Assembly: GCA_963840925.1 (NCBI GenBank)
Contig: CAWJAY010000014.1
Location: 1-45,198, forward strand
Origin: an uncultured Alphaproteobacteria bacterium
GTDB lineage: Bacteria > Pseudomonadota > Alphaproteobacteria > Geminicoccales > Geminicoccaceae
Direction of reading: 5' to 3'
Length of the DNA stretch: 45,198 bases
Shown: positions 1 to 8,562 of the stretch, piece after piece
How positions within the stretch are numbered: position 1 is the stretch's first letter
Layout of the letters: the number at the start of each line of letters is the position of its first letter
Position numbers and translations under genes: made by a program
Notes under the pieces: model-generated
Seen by the model: the letters and a program-made list of their open reading frames with translations, nothing else
The model's database searches: none
Told to the model about the DNA's origin: nothing

Positions 1-274
1 CGCCGCTCACTCGACCTTGTAGGCGGCGACCGCGTTGTCGACCATCATCGGGACGATCGCCAGGCGCTCGCCCGCCACGTACTCGTGATCGGCGCTGCCC
101 TGGTTCAGGTCGATCAGCGTCTCGGCCTTGCCGCTGGCGTCGATCCGGTAGAAGCTGCGCCGCTCATCCAGTCGGTCGCCAGATAGCCGCCGCTGCCGTC
201 CGCTTCCAGGCCGTCGAGACACCAATTTTTCGTCTCGATCGAGGAGCCGACCGCCGCGATGGCTGCCAGCGTCA

Positions 275-556
275 GGCGGGGCGGGCGGGCTTCCATGAAG
301 CCGCGGGGCCGGGGTCGTAGCCCAGGGGGATCGCGACTCCCAGGAAGAGGACCCGGGTGCAGCCGGCCCACGACCAGAGTGTGGTCGGCTCGAGCTGGCC
401 GTAGAGCGCGAAGCGGATCAGCTCGGTCGCGTGGGTGAACGGGTTGGCCTGGCAGATCTGCCAGAGCAGGTACGCTCCATTCGCGCATCCGCCAGGTACG
501 CGTAGACCTCTGGTGGCCCGAGATGGTGCGCGCCGGGCTGGCCCGTCGATTGCCCC
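275..556 (-). pseudogene. C-terminal remnant of an ABC-2 type transporter permease, no start and upstream frame broken
   Basis: Minus-strand translation gives ...AYLLWQICQANPFTHATELIRFALYGQLEPTTLWSWAGCTRVLFLGVAIPLG.... The NPxTHxxExxR motif plus a final hydrophobic segment is the hallmark C-terminus of ABC-2 (NodJ/KpsM-type) permeases. No Met and no coherent membrane-protein frame upstream of ~480. The IS5 element sits at 733. Confidence 0.3.
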
Positions 557-732
557 TCAGTTCAGCGGCGGGCAATACCGCGCCGCCGAGTTCCAAGCTG
601 CCGCCGCGGGGCGCCACGATCAGCGGAGGCTATACAATGCCCGAAGCTACTGCCGCCGCGGTAAGCTCAGCGCCTAGCCTCTAGCCCGACTTTGCGGCGA
701 GCTGAGTGGCGTTGGCGGGCGCCAAAATGTCA

Positions 733-753
733 CCTAGCAGGGTGCGGAAATAG
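733..753. repeat. IS5-family left terminal inverted repeat
   Basis: cctagcagggtgcggaaatag pairs with the reverse complement of 2063-2083. Confidence 0.55.
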
Positions 754-801
754 TGGCGATGGGTTGTGCATCTGGTAGGCTGAAGAGGGATCGACCACCA
801 G

Positions 802-1945
802 ATGCGGGGTGTGGTGATGCGCGGTGGTGATATTCGGACGGAGGGCATGTTCTCGTATCTGAGCTGCGGGGGCCGGGTGCCGAGCGATCATCCGCTGCGG
901 CGCATCCTGCCTCTAGTCGATGCCGCGCTGAGCGATCTCTCGGCCGAGTTCGCCAAGCTGTATGCGCCGATCGGCCGGCCGTCGATCCCGCCCGAGAAGT
1001 TGCTCCGAGCGCTGTTGCTGCAAGCGTTCTATTCGGTCCGGTCCGAGCGCCAGCTCATCGAGCAGTTGGATTACAACCTGCTGTTCCGCTGGTTCACCGG
1101 CCTCGGCATCGATGATCCGGTCTGGGACGTGACCGTGTTCACGAAAAATCGCGACCGGCTGCTCAGGGGCGACATCGCCGCCAAGTTCTTCCAAGCCGTC
1201 CTCGGCCAGCCGGCGGTCAAGGCGCTGCTGTCAGAGGAGCACTTCACGGTCGATGGCACGCTGATCGAGGCGTGGGCCAGCATGAAGAGCTTCAAACCCA
1301 AAGACGCGGCGGATGACGAGCCGCCGGCTGGCGCCGGGCGGAACCCCGAGCGCGACTTCCACGGCGAGAAGCGCACCAACGCGAGCCACGCTTCGACCAC
1401 CGATCCCGATGCGCGCCTGATCCGCCGGGCGTGGCGCTCCGGGGCGACCACCGGAGGTCGCCCCTGGGAGCCAGCCACGCGGCAAGGAAGCGAAGCTCTG
1501 CCACATGGGCCACCTGCTCATGGAGAACCACAGCGGACTGATCGTCGACGCCAAGCTGACGACCGCCACCGGTAGCGCCGAGCGCGCGGCCGCCGAGGCC
1601 ATGCTGGCCGGCCAGACGGGCCGCCACCGGGCCACCCTCGGCGCCGACAAGGGCTATGATGCCGCGGACTTCGTCGCCGCCGTCCGTGCCCTCAACGTCA
1701 CGCCGCATCTTGCGCAGAACACCTCGCGCCGCTCGGCGATCGACGGCCGGACCACGCGCCATCCCGGCTACGCGCTCAGCCAACGGACTCGCAAGCGGAT
1801 CGAGGAAGCGTTCGGCTGGATCAAGACCACGGGCGGCTTCCGCAAGACCCGGCACCGGGGCACCGCCCGGGTCGGCTGGCTGTTCACCCTCACCGTCGCG
1901 GCCTGCAACTTGGTCCGCTTGCCCAAGCTGCTCGAGGCGGCCTGA
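802..1945 (+). pseudogene. IS5-family (IS4/IS5 superfamily DDE) transposase, split into two overlapping frames (802-1575 and 1505-1945)
   Basis: The N-terminal ORF (MFSYLSCGGRVPSDHPLRRILPLVDAALS...YNLLFRWFTGLGIDDPVWDVTVFTKNRDRL...TDPDARL) and the C-terminal ORF (...ADKGYDAADFVAAVRALNVTPHLAQN...RIEEAFGWIKTTGGFRKTRHRG) together make a typical IS5/IS1182-type transposase. The frame switches around 1440-1510. No slippery heptamer was seen, so a programmed frameshift is unlikely. Confidence 0.6.
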
Positions 1946-2062
1946 TCATGCCCGCAGTCCGTGCAGTGACACCGCCTCCCAACCTGACGGTCGCGCCCAC
2001 AGCCGGCTCGACACCTATCGCAAAATCACTGCAACGAGGCGGTAGTGGGCGCCGATCTCGCC

Positions 2063-2083
2063 CTATTTCCGCATCCTGCTAGG
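2063..2083. repeat. IS5-family right terminal inverted repeat
   Basis: ctatttccgcatcctgctagg is the reverse complement of the left IR with one mismatch. Confidence 0.55.
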
Positions 2084-2092
2084 GCATTGCCC

Positions 2093-2368
2093 ATGCCAAC
2101 GCCGTCTGATCCGAACACGCCGTCAGAGCTGATGCGAGCCGCAGGCCACCGCCTGAAACGGGTGAGGCTCGCCGCCGGATACGGGAAGCAAAAGGAGTTG
2201 ACCGACGCGCTCGGCGTCGCCGCCGGCACCTATTCAAAGTGGGAGTTGGGCGACCGGCGGCCGCCCAATCACATCCTCGCGAGGATCAAGGGGCTGACCG
2301 GCGCGACGGCCGACTATCTGTTCCTGGGCGATCTTCCGGCCTGCCCGTCCACCTCTACACGAAGGTAG
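2093..2368 (+). CDS. XRE/Cro-C1 type helix-turn-helix transcriptional regulator (~91 aa)
   Basis: The ORF-track product contains ...LKRVRLAAGYGKQKELTDALGVAAGTYSKWELGDRRPPNHILARIKGLTGATADYLFLGD, a classic XRE HTH. The internal Met (MPTPSD...) at ~2093 is the most likely start and lies only ~10 bp past the IS right IR. Confidence 0.6.
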   Translation: MPTPSDPNTPSELMRAAGHRLKRVRLAAGYGKQKELTDALGVAAGTYSKWELGDRRPPNHILARIKGLTGATADYLFLGDLPACPSTSTRR

Positions 2369-2974
2369 TCAATGACGAGAAGAACGGTTCCGCGATCTGA
2401 TCGTTGGATGGTGCCGAGCAACCGCCCGACTTCGATCAGAAGTCGCGTTGACGCTGCGCCTGTAACTCGTGAGCTGGGGGTGCAGGACCTGCAGCACGGC
2501 GGCCGGCCGTGAAGTGGGTGGCGTGGACCCTCCCGGGGATCGTGATCGGTATTCTGATCTTAGTCGTTGGCTAGACATTGTGGCGGTCGATCACCGCGGA
2601 TCAGCTTCCGACCGCGATCCGGGTCGGGCTCGGACTCGCTCTGATCGCGTTCGGGCTGGCTTAGCAAGCGATCGAGTTCCTGGCGCCGTATGCGGCCGGC
2701 GCCGTGCTCCGCGCGCTGCTACTCGCGCCCTACTTCAAGCTGCTCAACACAATCAGGACGGAAGCCCGGGAAACCCGGCAGGCGATCCGCGACATGGCGG
2801 CCGCGGTGGCGAAGATCCAGGCCAAGCTCGGGATTCGACGCCGACTGGCCGCAGGGCCGGGGATGACCGGCGCCTCCCGGCCATGAGCGCGCTGAGCCTG
2901 CCCTGCGCTGTCCCGCCACAGACCCCCCGGCGCGGGCGCGCGCGATGCCCCCGCGGGCCTCTCCTGGGGGACGC

Positions 2975-3617
2975 CTAGGCCGCTCTGAGGCCGTGCTCGG
3001 CGCGCCAGCGGGCGGCCAGCTCGGACCAGCTCATCCTGCGCAGACCCGCTTGGCCGCGCGGGATCACCTGGTACCGGCCGGCGCGCAGCTCGTAGTCGAT
3101 CGCCGCGAACTCAGCCGCGGTCCACGCCCGGCCGCGCTCAAACGGCGCCCTGGCCGGGATCACCATCGGCGGCGCTCGCCGGCGAAGGCGGCTCTGGAAG
3201 TCGGTGATCTTGCGGCCCAGGATGACGCCCGGGATCTTGCGGCGCGCTGGCCGGCTGTGCACGTCGACGCCAGCCTCAGTCAGCAGCCGGGCGACAGACT
3301 TATGGTCGGGTAGGCGGTGCTTCGTGGCGATCTGGCGGCAGCTGAGGCCGGCGCCCCAATCCATCCGGATCAGATCGAGGCTCGGGAGCTCGATCGGCTG
3401 CCGCGCCCGGAGCTCGACACCGGTCCGGCGCAGGGCACGGGTGCACGCTGGCGCCGCTGCGCCCGAGCGTGGCGCCGATCCTGGCGACGCTCTGGCCGGC
3501 TCGATAGTCGGCGATGGCCTGCTTGAGCTGCGGAGGCCAGCCCGGCGGGGCGGGCGGGCGATGACGGCGGCGCGCCATGGGCGCACCGTGTAGCACGGCT
3601 GCCGCGGCGCAAACCAT
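2975..3617 (-). pseudogene. HTH transposase-like remnant (IS481/IS3/IS630-type N-terminal HTH region only, frameshifted, no DDE domain)
   Basis: Two minus-strand frames carry HTH-like segments: PGWPPQLKQAIADYRAGQSVARIGATLGRSGASV (3300-3617 frame) and LIRMDWGAGLSCRQIATKHRLPDHKSVARLLTEAGVDVHSRPARRKIPGV (2975-3658 frame). They resemble the tandem HTH N-termini of IS481-like transposases. No catalytic domain follows. The remnant sits 40 bp from the tRNA-Ser 3' end. Confidence 0.35.
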
Positions 3618-3697
3618 GCTAATTCGTAGGTATGACTGTGGTTGAGGAAGCGGTTCAAGAAGAAATGTGAGCTATTTCAATGGTCTACAGCAAAAAC

Positions 3698-3785
3698 TGG
3701 CGGATGGGGTGGGATTCGAACCCACGAGGGGTTGCCCCCTGCCGGTTTTCAAGACCGGTGCCTTCAACCGCTCGGCCACCCATCC
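3698..3785 (-). tRNA. tRNA-Ser (anticodon TGA), encoded CCA, long variable arm
   Basis: Reverse complement reads GGATGGGTGGCCGAGCGGTTGAAGGCACCGGTCTTGAAAACCGGCAGGGGGCAACCCCTCGTGGGTTCGAATCCCACCCCATCCGCCA. Acceptor stem GGATGGG/CCCATCC is 7 bp. Anticodon loop is CT-TGA-AA. The variable arm is long (CAGGGGGCAACCCCTCG) and the T-loop is GGTTCGAATCC. Confidence 0.85.
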
Positions 3786-4064
3786 GAGCACTAAACCTTT
3801 GACACAGCGGGTTTCGGGTTGGGAACATAGGGCTCTCTAAACCCAGGAACAAGTTTCTCAGTGTGCCAAATTGTGCCAAGGGGGCAGAGGCAAGGGGGCA
3901 GGGAGATCCAATCCCGCCCATATGATGAAGGCCCTGGCATGCTCGGATGGTCGCCAGGGCAGCGTGCGAGGATACCCCAAGCGGGGCGCGGCTCTTGCAG
4001 TAGGCTCCGTGATACGCGAGCAGCGAGGGGACGAGCTCCCGCCGGCCGCCGCCCGGAGCGCCCG

Positions 4065-5027
4065 TCACGCGAGCGGGCGCGGCACCCTGGCCCGGCCCGC
4101 CGGGCATTCCAGCGCGGCGCGATCCCAGCCCGCCGCATTCGCCGCCGCCTCGTAGGTGGTCTGGAGGAAGTCCAGCAGCATCGCGTCCGGCGCCGCGGCG
4201 CTCCGGACCGCGTCGTAGGGCAGGATGAATTCGCCCAGCGTCTGATGGAAGTACGCCGCCTCCGGCCGCACCGATGCCGTGGCGAAGCCTTCGGGGACGG
4301 GGTAGGCGTAGGAATAGAACGCCGGAGAGTCGATCGCGCCGCCGCCCGGCCAGAAGCCGGCGCTGCTGACCTCGTGCGAATAGGCCTCGCGGGTGACCGC
4401 GTCCGGCAGATGGGGCACGCCGCCCGGGTGCAGCGGCGCGGGGCGGCCGGAAAAGCGCGTCACCGCATGGTCGAAGCTGCCCCAGAAGAAATGCACCGGG
4501 CTGACCTTGCCGAGAAAGCCCGTGCGGAACTGCTTGAACACCCGGTCCGCCTGGACCAGCACGCGCCAGAAGCGCTGCGCCGGATCGGGGTCATAGGCGG
4601 CGTGCGCGCGGTCCTCCCGGAACGGGATCGGGTCGGCGATCTCATTGGGGCTGCCGTGGATCCGGACCCGGATCCCGAGCTGGGCGAGCGCCGCCAGGAG
4701 CTGGTCGTGGAAGTCGGCGACCGGTCTGGGCGCGAGCGGCAGCCGGCGCACCTCGCCCTCGCTGGTCGCGACCAGCAGCGTGTGATCGAGAAAGTCGAAA
4801 TCGATCTGGAACGCGCGCCCCTCGTAGGGGATCGGCGAGGTCGTGAGACCCCGCGGGGTGACGTAGAGCGTGACGTGCCACGAATGGTTGGCCCAGGGCG
4901 TGAGGGCCAGCCGGATCTTGCCGACGATCTGGGTCCACAGGTGCAGCGTCGTGCAGCTGTCCTTCCAGGCCGGGTACGGCAGCGCCGGCCAGGGTTCGAT
5001 CCGCGCGCGGCTCGATCGCCCGTTCAT
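4065..5027 (-). CDS. conserved hypothetical protein (possibly DUF5996 family), 320 aa
   Basis: Clean 320-aa ORF (HSWHVTLYVTPRGL...FQIDFDFLDHTLLV...). Its ATG overlaps the stop of the upstream kinase in an ATGA arrangement, i.e. translational coupling. No catalytic motif recognised. Confidence 0.65.
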   Translation of the reverse strand: MNGRSSRARIEPWPALPYPAWKDSCTTLHLWTQIVGKIRLALTPWANHSWHVTLYVTPRGLTTSPIPYEGRAFQIDFDFLDHTLLVATSEGEVRRLPLAPRPVADFHDQLLAALAQLGIRVRIHGSPNEIADPIPFREDRAHAAYDPDPAQRFWRVLVQADRVFKQFRTGFLGKVSPVHFFWGSFDHAVTRFSGRPAPLHPGGVPHLPDAVTREAYSHEVSSAGFWPGGGAIDSPAFYSYAYPVPEGFATASVRPEAAYFHQTLGEFILPYDAVRSAAAPDAMLLDFLQTTYEAAANAAGWDRAALECPAGRARVPRPLA

Positions 5028-6031
5028 TGGCGTCTCTCCTCAAGAGGCCTGCGAGCTCCGGCCGGCCCTTGCCGGTCCTGCTCCCGGAGAAAGCACTCGA
5101 CCCGGGCCCCGGTCGGCAGCGCCGGGATTGCGCCGCGCTCGGTCGTGGTCAACGCCCCGACCGCATTGGCCCGACGGCAGATCGCGCGCACCCGCGCTTG
5201 CTCCTCGAGGCCGTCCCGGTCCGCGAGCAGGCCTTGCAGCAGCCCGGCGACGAAGCCATCGCCCGCGCCGGTGGCGTCGATCGCTTCGACCTCGAACCCG
5301 CCCACGACGCCGCTGAACCCGGCCGTGAAATAGACGCAGCCGGCCGCGCCGAGCGTCACGACCAGCAACGCCATCCGGTCGTGCCAGAGCTGCTCGCGGG
5401 CGGCCGCCGGATCGTCGGACCCGGTCAGGAAGCGCAGCTCGTCGTCGCTGAGCTTGACGACCTGCGCCTGCGCGATCGCGTGCAGCAGACCATCGCGGGC
5501 GGCGGCGCGATCGGGCCACAGCGCGAGCCGCAGGTTGGGGTCGCAGGAAACGAGGCAGCCGGCCTCCCTGGCGAGATCGATGGCATGGAGAGTGGCGCTG
5601 CGCACCGGCTCGCCGATCAGGCTGATCGTGCCGTAGTGCAGGACCTTGGCGCTGCGGATCGTGCTCGCGCAGACTTCGGCCGGCGCGAACAGCATGTCGG
5701 CGCTCGGGTGGCGATAGAACGTGAACTCGCGCTCGCCATCCGCCCGGAGCGAGACGAAGGCCAGCGCCGTGCGCGCCTCGCTCGAGAAGCGGACCGGGCC
5801 GACGTCGACGCCCGCCTCGCCGAGCACGCCGACCAGGAAGCGGCCGAAGGCATCGTCGCCGACCTTGCCCATGAAGGCGCTCGACACCCCGAGCCGCGCG
5901 AGGCCGACCGCGACGTTCGCCGGCGCGCCGCCCGGGGCTTTCCTGAACGCCGGCGCCTCGATCAGCGTGGTCGGGGTCACGGTCGGCACGAAGTCGATCA
6001 GGACCTCGCCCAGGCATACGACGTCGCTCAT
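5024..6031 (-). CDS. PfkB-family carbohydrate kinase (fructokinase / 2-keto-3-deoxygluconate kinase-like)
   Basis: N-terminus MSDVVCLGEVLIDFVP...APGGAPANVAVGLARLG and C-terminal DATGAGDGFVAGLL (ribokinase/PfkB signature). The start was taken at the internal Met of the 616-aa track ORF, whose upstream part has no homology. Confidence 0.8.
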   Translation of the reverse strand: MSDVVCLGEVLIDFVPTVTPTTLIEAPAFRKAPGGAPANVAVGLARLGVSSAFMGKVGDDAFGRFLVGVLGEAGVDVGPVRFSSEARTALAFVSLRADGEREFTFYRHPSADMLFAPAEVCASTIRSAKVLHYGTISLIGEPVRSATLHAIDLAREAGCLVSCDPNLRLALWPDRAAARDGLLHAIAQAQVVKLSDDELRFLTGSDDPAAAREQLWHDRMALLVVTLGAAGCVYFTAGFSGVVGGFEVEAIDATGAGDGFVAGLLQGLLADRDGLEEQARVRAICRRANAVGALTTTERGAIPALPTGARVECFLREQDRQGPAGARRPLEERRQ

Positions 6032-6247
6032 GGCGCGGTTGCCTCGCTGATCCCCAGTTCCGATCCCGCCCTCATGCGGGTCGGCGTTGTCATAGCGGCT
6101 ATCGTTCCCGGTAGGAACGCCCGATGAAGGCATTCTGCGCCCGCGGTCCGGCCGAACCTTTGCCCGGCCTGAGCCGATGCTTACGTAAGGGCGAGCCGGG
6201 CCGGCGCTTTTTCTAGGCAGCACGGGCTGTCGAAGCAGCGGGATGAC

Positions 6248-7318
6248 ATGATGGCGCAGGAGGCCGCGCGCGGCGGCTGTCGGGTGACGGTCGCCAACAC
6301 CGGCCAGAGCTTCGAGTGCCCGGCGGGCGAGCTGATCCTGGACGCCGGGCTCGCGGCCGGACTCGGCCTGCCGCACAACTGCCGGGGCGGCGCCTGCGGC
6401 ACCTGCAAATCCACGGTCCTGGAAGGCCAGGTCGACCACGGCTGGGTCATGAGCTTTGCCATCTCTGAGGAGGAGAAGGCGGCCGGCAAATGCCTGATCT
6501 GCCAGAGCAAGCCCTTGACCCCGACCCTGGTGATCCGGACCGATGGCGCCATCAGCGCGGCCGAGGCGGCGCCGCCGGCGCCGGTCGAAGCGGTCGCGAC
6601 CGTGCTCGCCGCCGAGCCGGTGACGCCCTCGATCCGGCGCCTGGTGCTGGCGCTTGCACCCGACAGCCCCTTTCGCTACCGGGCCGGCATGCACGTCGAG
6701 CTCAGGACCCCGGGCGCGCAAAAGCCGCGCACCTATTCGATCGCCACCGCCCCCGACGATCAGGGCCGGCCGCCCGACGGCCTGCTCGAATTCTTCGTCA
6801 CCCGCCACCAGGGTGGCCAGGCGAGCGGCTGGCTGCATGCGCCGGACCGCCTGGGCGACAGCGTCCGGATCCACGGACCCTACGGCACGTTCCGGCTGCC
6901 TGAGGGCCTCGGTGGCCCCGTGCTCTGCCTGGCCGGCGGCTCGGGCCTGGCGCCGCTCCTCGCGATCGTCCGCCGCGCGCTGGCGTCAGGTTTTCCCGAG
7001 CCGATCCGGCTGATCCTCTCGGTCCGCGACCGGAGCGAGGTCTTCGCGCTCGACGCGCTGCACGCGCTGACGCGCCGTTTTTCCCGGTTTTCCTATGTTC
7101 CGACATTGACCCGGGCAGAACCGCCCGAGGCGGCTCCGGAATGGCGCCGGGGCCGGATCGCGGCCTGGCTCGCCGACGAACTCCCCGATCTGTCCGCCTG
7201 GCACGTGCTCGCGGCCGGCCCCCCCGCCTTCGTGGATGCCGCGGTCGCCAAAGCCGAGGAACTGGGCGCCGGCCCGGAGCGCATCCTGACCGACAGTTTC
7301 ACGCCGACCGTCCCCTGA
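6248..7318 (+). CDS. [2Fe-2S] ferredoxin fused to an FNR-like FAD/NAD(P)-binding oxidoreductase (oxygenase reductase component-like)
   Basis: Plant-type ferredoxin cysteine cluster CRGGACGTCK...C at the N-terminus. This is followed by RTYSIA (RxYS FAD-binding motif) and an NAD-binding GGSGLAPLLAIV segment. Confidence 0.8.
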   Translation: MMAQEAARGGCRVTVANTGQSFECPAGELILDAGLAAGLGLPHNCRGGACGTCKSTVLEGQVDHGWVMSFAISEEEKAAGKCLICQSKPLTPTLVIRTDGAISAAEAAPPAPVEAVATVLAAEPVTPSIRRLVLALAPDSPFRYRAGMHVELRTPGAQKPRTYSIATAPDDQGRPPDGLLEFFVTRHQGGQASGWLHAPDRLGDSVRIHGPYGTFRLPEGLGGPVLCLAGGSGLAPLLAIVRRALASGFPEPIRLILSVRDRSEVFALDALHALTRRFSRFSYVPTLTRAEPPEAAPEWRRGRIAAWLADELPDLSAWHVLAAGPPAFVDAAVAKAEELGAGPERILTDSFTPTVP

Positions 7319-7348
7319 GCGGGTGGCAACCGAATGCGGGTCCAGTGA

Positions 7349-8446
7349 TCAGGGGGCGGCGCCGATGATCCGGTACAGGGCGCCGTCCAGATCGACGACG
7401 TAGAGTTCGCCGGCGGCGTCCTCGCCGAACGATGCGAGCTCCAGGCCAGCCTCGAGCAGCACCGAGATCTGGCCCTGGCGCAGGCCGAAGATCTCGCCGC
7501 TGCAGAAGTCGCCGAAGACGTAGGTGCCGGCAAGCCCGGGCACGGCAGAGCCGCGATACACGTAGCCGCCGGTGATCGAGCAGCGGCCCTGGTCCTGCTC
7601 GTATTGAGCGATCGGCGGCTCCAGCCCAGGCCGCTCGCAGCCGCTGTCCGGGTCAAAGCAGGACTTGCCCTCCATCAGCCGCCAGCCGAAGTTGCCGCCG
7701 CGGCTGACACGGTCGATCTCCTCGATCCGGTTCTGGCCGACGTCGCCCGCGAGCAGCCGCCCGTCCTCGGGGTCGAACGAGAAGCGCCAGGGATTGCGCA
7801 GGCCCAGCGCGTAGATCTCGGGCCGCCCGCCGCCCTGGGCAAAAGGATTGTCGGCCGGGATCGCGTAGGGCTCTGCGCCGTCGACGTCGAGGCGCAGGAT
7901 CTTGCCCAAGAGGTCGTCCGGGTTCTGCGCCCGGTTGCCGGGATCGCCGGCGCTGCCGCCGTCGCCGAGCCCGATGTACAGATGACCATCCGGGCCGAAT
8001 GCGACCATGCCGCCATTGTGGTTGGCGAATGGCTGCGCGACGGTCAGCAGCACCCGCTCGACCGGCTCGATGCCGGTCTGGGCGCGGAACTCGGCGATCA
8101 CCGTGGCGCCATCCGGCTCGCGCGTGTAGTTGACGAAGAAACGGCCGTTGCTGGCGAAGTCGGGATGGAAGGCGAGCCCGAGCAGGCCCCGCTCGCCGCC
8201 GGACCTGACCCGGTCGCCGAGCTCCAGGAACGGCTGCTCGACGAGCGCGCCCTCCTCGAGGAACAATATCCGGCCCGCCTGCTCGACCACGTACAGCCGG
8301 CCGCTGCCGTCGCCCGCATCGGTGACGAACACCGGCTGCCGCAGCCCGTCGACGACCAGCTGCAGGTCGATCCCGGGCTCGGCCGCCGCCGCGCCGCTAC
8401 CGACGATGCAGACCAGCGCGAGACCACCGATCCTTGCCCACGTCAT
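7349..8446 (-). CDS. PQQ-dependent sugar dehydrogenase (soluble glucose/sorbosone dehydrogenase family) with signal peptide
   Basis: N-terminal hydrophobic signal (LALVCIVGSGAAAA). Beta-propeller motifs LVVDGLRQPVFVTDAGDGSGRLYVVEQAGRI, HNGGMVAFGPDGHLYIGLGDGG and RNPWRFSFD are typical of the GSDH family. Confidence 0.8.
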   Translation of the reverse strand: MTWARIGGLALVCIVGSGAAAAEPGIDLQLVVDGLRQPVFVTDAGDGSGRLYVVEQAGRILFLEEGALVEQPFLELGDRVRSGGERGLLGLAFHPDFASNGRFFVNYTREPDGATVIAEFRAQTGIEPVERVLLTVAQPFANHNGGMVAFGPDGHLYIGLGDGGSAGDPGNRAQNPDDLLGKILRLDVDGAEPYAIPADNPFAQGGGRPEIYALGLRNPWRFSFDPEDGRLLAGDVGQNRIEEIDRVSRGGNFGWRLMEGKSCFDPDSGCERPGLEPPIAQYEQDQGRCSITGGYVYRGSAVPGLAGTYVFGDFCSGEIFGLRQGQISVLLEAGLELASFGEDAAGELYVVDLDGALYRIIGAAP

Positions 8447-8562
8447 GCCACTCTCCCGCAGTTCGCCCGATCCCAGACTTGATCTGTTCGACTGCCGCCC
8501 GGAAGTCTAGGTTGCGGATGCATCGAGGCAGTCGGCATGCGCGAACTTGGGGAGGGCAGAAG

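Larger units (their letters stand above)
733..2083 (+). mobile_element. IS5-family insertion sequence (~1.35 kb) with a frameshifted DDE transposase
   Basis: Terminal inverted repeats read directly. Left, 733-753: cctagcagggtgcggaaatag. Right, 2063-2083: reverse complement cctagcaggatgcggaaatag (20/21 identical). The transposase ORFs lie between them with about 70 bp and 120 bp of terminal spacing, as expected for the IS5 family. No clear target-site duplication seen. Confidence 0.65.

Noticed and set aside
7-617. Minus-strand ORFs 7-225 and 114-617 as real genes
   Set aside because: Most of 114-617 is low-complexity junk. Only short stretches look protein-like (a lactonase-like C-terminus in 7-225; the ABC-2 motif is in a third frame lacking any Met). 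They are treated as gene fragments rather than annotated CDSs.
1440-1575. Possible programmed -1/+1 frameshift in the IS5 transposase (overlap of the two transposase ORFs)
   Set aside because: IS5-family transposases are normally single-ORF. No slippery heptamer or downstream structure was seen in the 1500-1575 overlap. This is more likely a mutation or sequencing error.
3861-6127. Long plus-strand ORFs (3861-5333, 5027-6127) and a minus-strand ORF 5040-6017 overlapping the DUF and PfkB genes
   Set aside because: The true genes on the minus strand have recognisable kinase motifs and coupled ATGA junctions. The overlapping ORFs are GC-driven artefacts.
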